From: Octopus sinensis
Lineage: Eukaryota
Assembly: GCF_006345805.1 (NCBI RefSeq)
Contig: NC_043006.1
Span: forward strand, 61,690,001 to 61,754,000
Reading direction: 5' to 3'
Length of the DNA stretch: 64,000 nt
A program made the translations under genes and the position numbers. Under the pieces are notes generated by a model. The model saw only the letters and a program-made list of their open reading frames with translations. It had not been told where the DNA came from and searched no databases. How positions within the stretch are numbered: position 1 is the first letter of the stretch; each line of letters begins with the position of its first letter. This document shows, one piece after another, positions 51,727 to 64,000 of this stretch.

Positions 51727-54700
51727 TGTATGGTAACTGTTAGTGGCCAATACTTTGAAATTATCAATATCTTAGTAAAGTGTCTGGCGTATATTTTGGA
51801 ATATATGCATAGATGCATCTGTCTTGATTTTTCTAAAGATTAGCGCAGGTAGTTGATTAGTGTGAATAATATCTTACGATGATGATGGTAACGACTTGTA
51901 GATACTATTAAATCTCATGCAATAATGACTACTTAATCACGATCCAGACAAATGTTACCGTATCAGACGCGAATGAGATTGATTGTAATATGAACTCAAA
52001 TTCACTGCATTAAAACTGAGTATTAAAACGATAAAGTTAACCCATTAATACCCATTGAGCATAGTTTGGTTAAATGTATGATTACACATATGGTTGGCAC
52101 CATCATACAATAGGAACCGAAGAACCACATATTCAAATTCAATGTTAAAATATATATACAGAAGGATTACTCATTCAAAGTCGACATAGATAGAGACGAA
52201 ATGAAAATCTTAAATCTGTTTTTTTGGCATCTCACAATGTACTAAACGTATGTCTGTAACTATGGTAATTTATTTCTGTAGTGTAGATAAAAATGCAGAA
52301 ATAGTTGAAACGAAAGCAGAAGAAGAAACCAAAGAAAATGAACGAGAATTTTAAAAGCAATGTAGAGCACATGTCATATTTCTTCCACCAGGCATTCATG
52401 ATGAACAATGGCTTACTCTGAATAAGACGACCTAAAAATATTGCATGTAGTAAATACCAACCTCTTTTTATATGAGAATTGTTTTATTTAGATCGCCATT
52501 GACTATATATTTTAATATTTTTCTTTGATTGGATAGTAAAGATTGCTTGCAGTGGATGAATCCTGTGTCTGAATTCCCTTGCCGCATAGTGAGTATATCG
52601 GTGAATTTTTCACGCCAAGTTTACTAGATTCCTAATCACTTTTATCTTCTCCTATATAGGTGAAGTCCTTGGAACAGATAATTCGTAACAATTGGGTATA
52701 TAATAATACAATTTGCACTTTCTAATCCCAATATATAAGGACGTTCTGATATGGATAAAAATACAAAGAGTAATAAAGAATAGGATGTAATACTCGTTTA
52801 GGCTGAAGTCTCAGATTCAGCAAGCCAACGTTTTGGAAACATTAAATAGAACGGACAACTACAATTGTTCTATAGTAGAAAAAAAAAAAAAAATCATATC
52901 ATTTAGAGAAATCTTACAATCGATAGCAAATTGAGTCTTAATAAAATCCATCCACAAATGTAAAACTAGTAAGCAGCATAACGCGTCTATTTCTCGTAAA
53001 CGGGGTTTAAGGACGCTATGACACTATGAAGATGAAATAGCTCGTATGTAGAGGAAAGTGTCGTTGAAACCTGATGTGATAGCAGTATTAGAATATAGAA
53101 ATAAGTAGATAGATTTGATATGTAAATAAACAACATTGCAATTATATCTTTACCACACACGTACAATATTAAACTTCCAGAAGGTAGGCTAAACATGTAG
53201 TGCACATAATTAATTCCTTAAGTATGATAGCAACAGACTTGTGAGAGGCCCCATCATCAGACACCTCACATAAATAAGAACACAAGAATGAAAATAATAA
53301 ACATAATATATTAATCACAGTATGAATACAAAGCAAACTATTACAATATGACGCATTGCAACTATACCGGCTAGAACGATTTAATATTCAATACGAAACC
53401 AGTGTACTAAGCATTAAAGTACAGTAATAATTTGTTGCATAATGTTCGACCAACGAACTATAGGGAAGTCTGTACTCGATGTTATATTCTCATATGTCAT
53501 TGATAATAACTTACCTGGTTTTGGGAAGGCTCACCAGGCAGATTTAAATGTAAATCATATGGATATTAGCTAATTATCAGTAGGCATTTGTATAGTTCTA
53601 CACAATTTCCTTTATTGCTTAATATCAATGTGAATAACGTAGATATGAATGTCAGTTGTATATTATAAGCCTCTTTAATAGTTGATTTATCTATTTCCAA
53701 GGAGTCTGTATTCATCGTTGTGTGTATGGGTGTCTTACGCTGTGTCAATGCTCTTCTGGGTGTCAGGCCGGGTGACGAGCGAATTATTTCAGTAGGTCTG
53801 TCGTATTACTCGACGTTTGTGAGGTATTTTAGGCTACAACGTCAATATCAGTAATATGTAAATTCAGAAATTGAAGTAACACGATAGCACAAAATATTTG
53901 TTCGATCTAACGGTACAGCCAACGCAATGCCTTTCATATGGAATTGATTATATATTAAATATTATGTTCCCACAATTATTTTGATTCTCTTCGAGTTTGG
54001 TAAAATTTCGTAAAATGGCTCTAGAAATACGACATCGCTTTTACATTTGTACCCCTACTTTATACGCAATAAACTAAGAGCTATTCAGTGAAAACAAATT
54101 TATCATTTAGAGAATGTTTTATGAAAATATAAACACAAATAGGTATTCGAAATAGGTATGATACAATCTCATACATAAATTGCATGTTTATAGTGAATAA
54201 CAAATATTTGGAGACATTCACAAAAGCTAAAAGCTATAGAACTATAGAATCTATAATAAACGAAGCAATGAGAAATCAACAGATGTGGAGTGTGAAACAA
54301 TAGCAATGATATTGATTGCAGACTTTTTGAAGTGAACAGCTCTCTTAAACAACAGTATTTTTATAGTATTTACAGTGGGAAAATTATGTTATTTAGTGAG
54401 CAGAAAATGATTGAAGGAAAATGAAAACACTTTGAAACACATTTGTGGAAATCATCAAAACACATGAAAAAGCTTTTGGCTAGGTTTTTGACATAAAACG
54501 TCGAAGTAACATTTATCAATTTTGTATAGCATTTGATGCTTTACTTTGCACTACCATACTATCGTCGGCATTAATCAGTAAAGTATTTTAAACTGCCGCT
54601 ATAATCGTGGTAACATACTATTGTTTTGCTTCTTGATACATTCTGCAAAAGACACCTTATACACATTAAACCAAAAACAAGTATTAAAAGAAGAATTACA

Positions 54701-55499
54701 TAACACACATTCTACCTTTAGTTAACATGATATCGAGAAAATACATGAGAAAATATCGCAGATGTTAACACCATGCATATTTGTTTGTGTGAATTCAAGA
54801 GAAACTTTTTTATACTAATTATTTACTTTCATTTACATAAGAAGCTTTGAAAGGCTCACTATCTTTATTACGTTAAAACTTTAAATAGCTGTTTAGCCAT
54901 ACACAACATAGAACAATTGTTAAAAAGCAAGATCTCGCATCCATTCACAAGATATACACGTTAAATAATAATCGTGTGTTTATAGGTCAAAACATACAAA
55001 TCATGGTTCCTCTTATAGCAGGTCAAATATTTAGGTTTATTTTTTAAGTATTCCTGTAAGACAAAAATGTTTCGAAAAGAATCGTTATTCCAACTCGAAC
55101 ATACACATTACTACGATAATCATATAACCAAAGACATAAAATTTGTTATCTGAAATAAAAAAAAAACTGTCTGAATTCTCATTAGCCTAGTCTCATTACA
55201 TAACGTTTTGTATAATAATCACCAACTTGCTCCATGAGAGTCTATCATATTTTTGCAATACATCAATACGTAGTAGAAATGCAAAAGAAACATTTTCGGT
55301 ACAATTATACTTTCATGAGGAAACTGTTACTTTTATAAATAACTTTTGATTGTAATTTATGATATATATTTGTATATGGTAGTTCAATCTGCTTGAAGCA
55401 GAAAGCGTTTTGAAACCAACAACACATGTACCTACTTACATACATATGTGTGTGTATACATATTGGGTTTTCAAATGTTTTCTACTGTTACATTAGCTT

Positions 55500-55950
55500 G
55501 TCAACAGCTTCACAGTAAAAATTATCGTGTTTTGACACGATGAAATCATTGATCCACTTCCTATCTTCACGTTGTTCTTCAACAGAACACCTCGCCGACT
55601 CATGCAGAACGAGCGAAAAGGTTTTAATCTGGAGGCGCTATATCAGGATACTACAGTGCAGTGGGTACGATAGAACTCCTGAACCGAACTCTTGAATAGC
55701 ATTTGTGCTCAAATTAGCGACGTGGAGAAGAGAGTTATCATAATGAAGAAGCTGGCCACATTGTCGGTCGAGTCGTTTTAGCTGCATGTCTGAGGTTAGG
55801 GACCTCATCCACCTACAGAAGGCGTCGGCGCTGGTATCATTCCATTTTCGTGGGTAATTCCCTAGCGATTTTATTAGGATAGTTGTCCATGGGATGCTTG
55901 AATCGATTCTCATTGAACTGAACCCGAGGAGCGTGCGACGTTAAATTTTT
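55500..55950 (+). mobile_element. Decayed Tc1-like transposase remnant
   Basis: HDEIIDPLP (cf. YRDEILxP), VVLQQNTSPTH (cf. LQQDNAxxH), RTPEPNS* (cf. RSPDLNP). Confidence 0.55.
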
Positions 55951-56159
55951 TTCCTTAATGCATTAATACATTTTCTGTGTAGGTCTGTGAGTTATAGACA
56001 TTTCTTTGGTATGCATCAGAAATGCTTCGACTGACTTTGTTAGTTTTGGAACAATGACTGAATAAGAAGATACGAAGGTGTCAAACATGCTGTTGGTTTC
56101 TACTTGCAACTCCATGTCGTACTTCGGAAAACAGGATTAAGTGATACACATTTCAAAGA

Positions 56160-56600
56160 TTATATGCTGCAGTTAAACAGAACAACATACAGACGAACAG
56201 GTACACAGGTCATAAGAAGAGACAAGCACACATACGCAAATGGAGACTGACACATGATCATGTATACACACACACTTTACTCTACACAAGGACACATATG
56301 GAGACACGGATCCACACACATAGAGATGCACATCCATACATACAAACATGGTACATAGTTACATAACACACACACATGCACACACAACAAGAAAGAGGTG
56401 CATACATATTAAAACAACGCTCACACACACAGAAATACACAAACACGGACATATAAGCACATGAATATACAGGATACATACATGCAGATGCACACACACA
56501 TATACACATACATACACATGCATACATACATACACACATATATAAGTACAGGCATGCCTGCATAGGCACACACACATGCGCACAAACAAACAAAAAGAAA
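56160..56600. repeat. Degenerate CA-rich low-complexity tract
   Basis: Directly visible. Confidence 0.85.
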
Positions 56601-56815
56601 CGCAGTGTATAGAACGGACAGAGTCAAGACTATTGAAAAGGTTGCAAGAGGCAACGACAATCTTAGGAAAATAAAATAAGAAATAATTGGAAATTTTACC
56701 GGTGAGTGTGCTACATTATAAGGCACAAAAACAAAATGCCTCTCCACAGACACAACAGAATATGCTACAACACACGAACTCTTATAAAGAATCTTGCAAA
56801 CCAAATCCCAAAACG

Positions 56816-56887
<72 letters not shown>

Positions 56888-57659
56888 GTGTATGTATATG
56901 TTGTGGAAGGGTTTCGACCAACCTTCCAGTGACTAAAAGCTTAACTGGTTCATTATTATAAAATAAATAACTGTGAGTGATTGGCAGTCTATTTTGGTAG
57001 CAGTTAATAGTAAGCTTTTATATAGAACGTTGAGGCCCGTGTAGTGGCAATAGTAGTTCGTCATGTATATTTTAAGGGCGAATTGATAAGTAACATGACA
57101 ATTCATTAACATGACAATTCGTAAAAAAATCCTCCAAGGCTAAAGTGTCTGTGTTAAATAATACAACAAAATTGTTAGCTACTGACTGGAATTGTTTCCT
57201 TTATGGGACCTCCCCATAAATCTTTTCTGTAAAATTGTAAGTGATATTTTTTTCCAGCAAAAATAAGTTGTCAGACGAATTAAAATAATTAAATATTTTT
57301 TCCAGAAGTTCTATCTGATAAATTAAGTCTTGTACCAAGACGAAGACACGGTTTCAAATACTAGAAAAGGCTATAGAGGTATTTTTAAAAAAGTGAACTG
57401 TAGTGTTAGAGGTGTTAGAAGAAATACATTTAGAGAGACTAGAAGATATTGGGGCTATCTAAAAAGTGGAATATTGTAAATGGACAGCACCGGCTGTGTA
57501 CATGAGAAAAAGGGATAATAAAACTAGACTGAGTGCTTGTTTTTCCAATGATTTAACCGAATGTCTTAACACGTGCTGCTATCCATTCCTCCATTACCTA
57601 TATATGCACTCATAAAGCATACACACACGCACACACATATACATACATGCATACGACCG

Positions 57660-57860
57660 CGTGTGTACCGTTGGCGACTTTTTTTCTCCGCCTTCCCTTC
57701 TCTGGATCTTTCCTTCTCCTATGTTTCTGACGAAGAGCTCCACACGAAACGTAAAACCCTCCTTCTTCCCTTCCTTCCTGAGTGTCCAATAATACTATAT
57801 TTATTCTAGGTCCTCGCATTGTTGTGATTTCTCTTTGTGTTTTCATGTTTGGATTAACTT

Positions 57861-57865
<5 letters not shown>
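57660..57865 (+). mobile_element. Penelope-type terminal repeat with a minimal hammerhead-like motif
   Basis: gttt-CTGACGA-agagctccacac-GAAAC-GTA-aaac, followed by (TA)n. Confidence 0.6.
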
Positions 57866-57894
<29 letters not shown>

Positions 57895-58058
57895 AACGAC
57901 AGGCTTCTTTCAGTTTCTGTCTGCAAAAACAACTCAGAAGTCTTTTGCTGGCCCGTGACAATAGTACAAGACTACATGTCCTAGGTGCCACGAAATGGGA
58001 CTGAACCCGGAACCATGTGGTTGGTGACCAAGCTACTTACCACACAGCCTCTCCTGCG
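57895..58058 (-). mobile_element. SINE family B, 5' half
   Basis: ggcttctttcagtttc..gggactgaacccggaaccatgtggttgg..cttaccacacagcc. Confidence 0.9.
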
Positions 58059-58370
58059 CATATATATATATATAAGCACTGCTTCGCTAAAGATAGGTGT
58101 CAAAATACTCCTAAGCCACAGAAGAATCACTGAATTAATACAGGCATGATATGAAAAGAATTTAAGTGAATAATATTAGCGCATTTCCTCTGCAAAGATT
58201 GTAGAAGGAAAGTCACTTAATCTAATATCACTATTTCGAATTTGGCGCCAAAAAGCACTTGGTTTTGTTTGGCAAGATTCACTAGAAACACCTACTAAAA
58301 TTCATTTCTAACAAGCCTGTATTTTGCCTAAATCCCCAAGCATTATTGAAACAAACGAACGAAGTGAAAT

Positions 58371-58480
58371 TATTTATAAATATGAAAGGACATTATTAGT
58401 GACCACGAGCCTAACAGACGTACACACACGCACACACGCACACACACGCACACACACACACTCACATATATATATATATG

Positions 58481-58526
<46 letters not shown>

Positions 58527-58568
58527 AGGCTCGTGGTCACTAATAATGTCCTTTCATATTTATAAATA
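58371..58568. repeat. Perfect 46-bp inverted repeat enclosing a (CA)n/(TA)n spacer
   Basis: 58371-58416 tatttataaatatgaaaggacattattagtgaccacgagcctaaca is the exact reverse complement of 58523-58568. Confidence 0.95.
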
Positions 58569-58589
58569 TGTGTGTGTGTGCGTATGTAT

Positions 58590-59460
58590 ATAATTTAGAG
58601 AAAAAACCTCTACTAATTAATTCAATAATGACGGATATTGTTCACACCATATAGAAAAGATATACTATAAAATCTTTATTCTAAAAATCAAGTGCAAAAT
58701 CAATAGACCACTAGAGTTATATAAGAAGAAAATATAGTTTTCTTTAAAAGATATGGATTAAGTATTACTATATATAATGAGAACTATAATGTTATTTATT
58801 TAGATGCTAACTTTAATTTAATAACTGATAAAACACAACTATTCCATAAAATTAATGAAATCCTTAGATATACTAGTGGTAATAGTAATCATCCACCCTC
58901 AATTAAGTAATCGTTGACAGATAATATAGGTAAATGAATATCGTCGCTTTCTTATAATTCTGACATTTTACAAAAAACACGCACCTTATTATACTGAAGC
59001 CCTTCGGGAGGCGGTATATAATAATAATTTTAAATTCTTTATTAATTCTAAATATAATTATAATATAAAAGATTATAATATAAATGATTCCTATATTTTT
59101 TTTATAATAATACACCTAACGTTAAGAATTATGAATTAAGAATTTAAGTAATTATGGTATTATTATGTATTATGACAATACAAAACATAAATATAAGAAT
59201 AGACAGCAAAATAAGATTAAACTTAATTCATTTTATGATAATAATAAATTTAATAATCGAAAAATAAATATAACAATATTAATAATATTAGTAATAACAA
59301 AATTTGGTTAATTATTCCTTATCAAAGAGATTTTAAATATAATTGAAATATTGATTAGAGATAATAAAAAATATAATAACATTTTTCTAGCATTAATTTT
59401 GGAGTTTTTTATTCTACTACTAATAATGTTGGTAACATTATAAGCTTTACAAAAAGGAAT
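58590..59460 (+). mobile_element. AT-eroded Penelope-like RT remnant
   Basis: YLDANFNL, SGNSNHPPSIK, APYYTEALREAVY, NNKIWFNYSLS follow the order of PLE RT C-terminal motifs. Confidence 0.75.
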
Positions 59461-59524
59461 CAAATAATTATTCCAATGATAGTAATAATATAGACCAGAA
59501 TATAATTAGTTGTACATATAGAGT

Positions 59525-59805
59525 GGGTTGTGAGTGGGATTTGGTAGACGTAAACTGAAAGTAGCCCGTTGTATATGTGTGTGCATGTGTGTGTGTGTGT
59601 GTGTGCGTCAGTGTTTGTTCTCTCACCGTCGCTTGACAACCGATAGTGATTTACGTCCTCGTTTTGCTTCGGCAAAACAGATGGATGGAATAAGTACTAG
59701 GCTTACAAAGTATAAGACCCGGGGTTGAGTTACCCGACTAAAACCCTTTAACGCGGTGTTCAAGCATGGCCGCAGTGAAATGACTGAATCAAGTAAAAGA
59801 ATAAA
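59525..59805 (+). mobile_element. SINE family B, 5'-truncated
   Basis: gtgagtgggatttggtagacg..(GT)n..cgtcgcttgacaaccga..agcatggccgcag..gactgaatcaagtaaaag. Confidence 0.9.
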
Positions 59806-60449
59806 AGGAAATATTTCATTTCATTCCACTGAAATAAATAGAAAACCCTAATTATGAAAAAAATATATAAAAAATGTCTTTTAGGGGTGCTGGAAATTAT
59901 TTTAACGTGTTAACCGAAGTATCATCTAATAATAGAAGCAATTCTTGTGAGTTTACATAAAATGTTCTTTTATCATCTCTACAGAATGACCTCAATTTGT
60001 ATTGATAATTCATTCGTTGCGATACTTATTTTTGCTGCTCCCTTTCATTTGCATACACACATCTCTTTTCCTATAGAAAATGTGATGAAACCTTATGACC
60101 TACATAGACAATATATGCTCTATTGACAATGTACTCTATTTAAAAATGGAAATTAGTTAATTTGCTCGGTGTCTTAAATTATGCTCCTTTAAGTATAAAA
60201 AAATAGTTTTGTTATATAATATTTTATTGAGGTTCAGAAAGGTAAATGTTATTGGCTGAACAAACACAAGAATACAGAGAATTGGAGTAAAATGCTGTTA
60301 TAAAATCATATGTTCGAAAATGATACTACGTATACTTAATCCGAACTTAACTAAAATTTAATTCATAAATGTATAACGCCGATAATTAAATATATTGTCT
60401 CCTATAAATATTTTATTTCTCATCAAATACCCAACAAATCAATAAAACT

Positions 60450-61150
60450 CAATTGCGCGTCGAGCCGTTGGAAATCGATAATTGCTCAGCCGTTTGCGTA
60501 ATTTCTATGAGCTGTGTTAAACGCATAATTCTTTCACCATTTAACCTCAATTATCTCATTTATTTGTTATGGCTATGTCATTCTTTCGATATCTTAAATA
60601 TAAGTAATTCATTAAATAACGACTTAAAATATATACCTATGTGCACTGAATCATTTGTCATAAACCCAATCTACATTTTAGACGTTCTAGTAATACAGGT
60701 TCTAATGGAGCTTGTTTTATATCTCTCCTACTCTCCCAAAAACGTTTTATCTTTTTTTGCTTCAATATTTCTACGTTTCATTTCCGTGGTAGAGTGCTTT
60801 CATTGAACCTCTCTTCCATGTCAAATATATCCTGTCATTTCCTCAATAATATTTGAATAAATGTCTTTTTGCTAGACACACACCACATCAAGCACACAAC
60901 AATATTCACACAGGAATATATAGAAAGACATAAAATTGTTGGTTATTATGGTAATGTTGTTGATGAAATCTGTGGAAGACAGCGGGATTGGATGCCATCG
61001 AAGTTCTTGTTGAGAGGAATTCCTTGATGTTGGCCTTGATAAATGTGAATGAAAATTCTGAGCATAGAGATAGAGGAGTGTTAAGAAAATAAGATAGCTA
61101 AAGAGGAAATGAGGTCAGCCAGCGTCTAAATTCTAAGAATCCTCTCTTTT
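60450..61150 (-). mobile_element. Possible very old LINE RT remnant
   Basis: Minus-strand LAK, MKALY, RRDIKQ.PLEPVL (cf. RGVKQGxPLSP) and NDIAI (cf. ADDI) in RT order. Confidence 0.4.
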
Positions 61151-62497
61151 GCAATGCCTGGTATTCCAGTGACAAATGTCAATAAAGTTTATTGATTTTA
61201 ATTCCTTTTCTCGTTTCGAGATATTAAGCAATTTATCTGAAATTAAAATCGACAATTCGGCATATTTCAGAAGGCATTTTGTTTGAAAGCAGTGACGAAG
61301 GTTAGAAGGAGATGAATAAAAATGGGACGAAAAGAGAGGGAAAGAGAGAAAGAGAAAGAGAGAGATAGGAAGGGAGGGAGAGAGAGAGAAGCAGATTCAA
61401 AGAAAGACTGAGGGAGACAGACAGACAGACAGAGCAGACAGAGTGAAAGGCAGTGAGACAAGTGTATAGAAATATCGTGAACATACCTGCAATTTCGGGG
61501 ATGGATATCAAGGAATTATGTGTCGGAAAAAATAACAATTCTTTTTTTTTACTTATCAAAGTTTCTAAATTGTAAGTTGTACCAAAAATGAGATATATAT
61601 TAGAAATATATATCCTAAACATTTTGTTTGATCCTAGAAAACATGATAAATAATTTCATAATTTTGATTTGATTCTTACTTCGATTATAAAATCTTCTAA
61701 ATCATTATGTAGCTAAACTAATTATAATTTAACTTACAACAGTCTTGGAGCCTGATTTCTATAAAAGAAAGATACATACGAAGCTCATTACATGTATAGA
61801 TACACACATTGATTCTCATACAATTACATTGACATATTCATGCATAGGCATGTACATGCAAACACACATTTTTATAAACATATTTATATATATATGTATG
61901 CATATATGTGCATGTATCTACGTTTGTATCTGTGTAGGTATACTTGGATGAATACATGTGTGTGTTGTCTGTGTATGTATGTGTGTGTGCCTGTTTGTGT
62001 GTATGTGTATGTGTATGTTTGTGAACTGATAAATTTCGAGTTTAGTTAATGAAATCGTTAATAGACTGTCAGCTGGCATCAAGGTGTTAGGTTTTGGAGC
62101 TCCATTCGCGCTATTTATTCACTCTTTAATTAGTGTATGTAACAGATCTCGTGGAAAATTTAGTTGTAACACTGTATTACTCGATTCAGTCAAGTGCTGT
62201 AAATGATGGTGGAATTATGTAAATTGACTCCAGTCACAAGATACTTCGAATAAACTTTCGGAATGAAACATTTATTAACCATTGTTAATTTGTTCTTTAT
62301 TTTTTCTGTTATTTAATGGCCAAATGTACTTCTCTCTCACATCACTATTAATTGCATTTCTCTGTGGGAGCTAATTCGATTTTCTTCTTACACTAATAAA
62401 CAGTATGTCTCAAACATTTATCTCCACTTCTCAAGCGAACACAATGTCCTACTATTATAGTATTAAAACCCAATTGTTATTTGCTTTGCTCTATTAG

Positions 62498-62587
62498 GCA
62501 GTGACTCCATTTATTCTAAATCTATAAGCAGTGACTCCGGTTATTGTAAATTTATAAGCAGTGACTGCACTTACAGTAAATTTGTGT
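62498..62587. repeat. 30-bp minisatellite, three degenerate units
   Basis: gcagtgactccatttattctaaatctataa / gcagtgactccggttattgtaaatttataa / gcagtgactgcacttacagtaaatttgtgt. Confidence 0.9.
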
Positions 62588-63104
62588 AAATTTGTAGTTT
62601 TCTGAAGCATTCTATTTCGTCTTTGGACACAATGTTTGTTCCAATAACGCAGAACTATGGTCAACATACATCTTAACACGACAAGCTTACCTTTGCCTTT
62701 GTTTAGATATATGATTATTTAGTCAACACTTTCCTAAGCCTTAAGTAAAGAAAGGTGTGAATTGGGGGATGTGTTGCTACTCTACGATATTTAATGGCGA
62801 CCCAATATTTCACTTGGCGAGCTAATCCTCAATTAGTTCATATTGTATAAAAGATAGAAAAAGTCGGGATTCTAAATATGTACGACATCAAATATTATTT
62901 TGTCTTGTCTTTTTTCATTATTATATTGCTATTATTTTGACATAAAATTGCTTTGATTCCCACGAACACCCTGTACGCAAAAGCATCTGTTATCCATAGT
63001 GCTATTTCACGTCGCCTAATAATGTTCGTGCCCTTCAAATTCCATACAAGCTTGAAATATATAAATGACTACTACTTCTAGGTCGCTCATGAAATGGCAA
63101 TGGC

Positions 63105-63320
63105 GACAAAGATGATTATGATGACGATGATGACGAAGATGATGATGGTGACGATGATGATTATGGCGGCTATGATAATAACGATTATATTTATGATGAT
63201 ATGATAACAACGACAATGTAGGATGATGACGACGACGACGATGATGATGGTGGTTGTGGTGGTGGTTATGTTGGTTATGTTGTCGATGTTGGTGCTGTGG
63301 TAGCAGCGGTTGTGGTAGTG
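63105..63320. repeat. Degenerate (GAT/GAC/GGT)n trinucleotide tract
   Basis: Directly visible. Confidence 0.9.
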
Positions 63321-64000
63321 AATCTGTAGCACATTCTGATAGCTTTTGCTGTCATATTTAATAGCAGTTTTGATGGAAACGATAAGCACATCCTCTCTCA
63401 TCAGTCTCTTCATTCTTGGAAGTTATCGTCTCGTCTGTATAATTGATCACTTAAATCGCATACATCTTCCGTGTTAATATTTGCTCTTCTGATTTTCCTA
63501 AGTTTAGATAAACAATATTTGGTCAAATTTCAAATACATTATCTTTAAAAAAAATAAATTTGCTCTCTGTGGTATTGATGGAATTGTTTGCATAAATTTA
63601 TATATGAATTCAATTTAATGATTTTACTTTCTAGGAACAGGTTAGCTGAAGTTACAAAATATTATTCAGAAGTTATTTATGCATATTTAACTCCTGACAG
63701 CAAGTTCTTCTCAAGTCGATTCCTATGAGTTATATCTAAGAGAAACTAGTGAAGCACTTGGAACGACACACTTGACTATATCCACCCATCAAAGATATAT
63801 AAGCGATCAATATTTACTTTAAATGACTTCTGTGATTCGGAACATTTGTCAGGGTGGGGTCTCAAAAAATGTGCTGTATTTAATTCAGGCTAACAAAATC
63901 ATCAGCGTTCGAATAGCATTGAGATTACAGTTCTATAATTAAAAGATGAAGAATTATGTGCATTTTTTACATTATTTACATTTGAAGGATATTTGTCCTC

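Noticed and set aside
53515-53570. Perfect minus-strand donor CCAG|gtaagt
   Set aside because: All three frames from the nearest acceptor contain stops; could be a UTR exon but is unsupported
55638-55913. 91-aa minus-strand ORF as a host exon
   Set aside because: Better explained as antisense to a decayed Tc1 transposase on the plus strand
58590-59460. Possible mitochondrial insertion (NUMT) because of extreme AT content
   Set aside because: Translation shows Penelope RT motifs (YLDANFNL, SNHPPSIK, IWFN) and no mitochondrial gene or tRNA could be read
62498-62587. CRISPR-like repeat array
   Set aside because: Units are directly adjacent with no unique spacers, there are no cas genes, and the context is eukaryotic
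62691-62739. Strong minus-strand acceptor/donor pair (ctttctttacttaag| .. AAG|gtaagc)
   Set aside because: Stops in all frames and it appears to lie in a decayed repeat; at best non-coding

Overview
AT-rich, repeat-dense animal genomic DNA. The tRNA-derived SINE families and the microsatellite load look like Octopus (inference from recognition; no search was run). No prokaryotic features, CRISPR arrays, rRNA genes or intact tRNA genes were seen. Most of the window is decayed transposon sequence: L2/CR1-like, RTE, R4/Dong-like (RLE), Tx1/L1-like and Penelope-like retroelements, four SINE families, Tc1/mariner remnants and MITEs, separated by (TA)n, (TATC)n, (CA)n, (TATG)n and (TAA/TGA)n arrays. 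Most ORFs in the supplied track are microsatellite artefacts or TE fragments. Between the repeats I find three phase-compatible candidate exons of an unidentified minus-strand gene (18697-18839, an 18-nt microexon at 9688-9705, and 3925-4080), so the window is probably mostly intronic. The best leads are: a tandem-duplicated pair of 18-nt plus-strand microexon candidates (13645-13662, 13884-13901); a Penelope-like insertion with inverted terminal repeats ending in a minimal hammerhead-ribozyme-like motif (29645-33810); two SINE/LINE pairs that share 3' tails; and a perfect 46-bp inverted repeat around a microsatellite (58371-58568). None of these is proven novel, and I cannot claim a new biological system from sequence alone.
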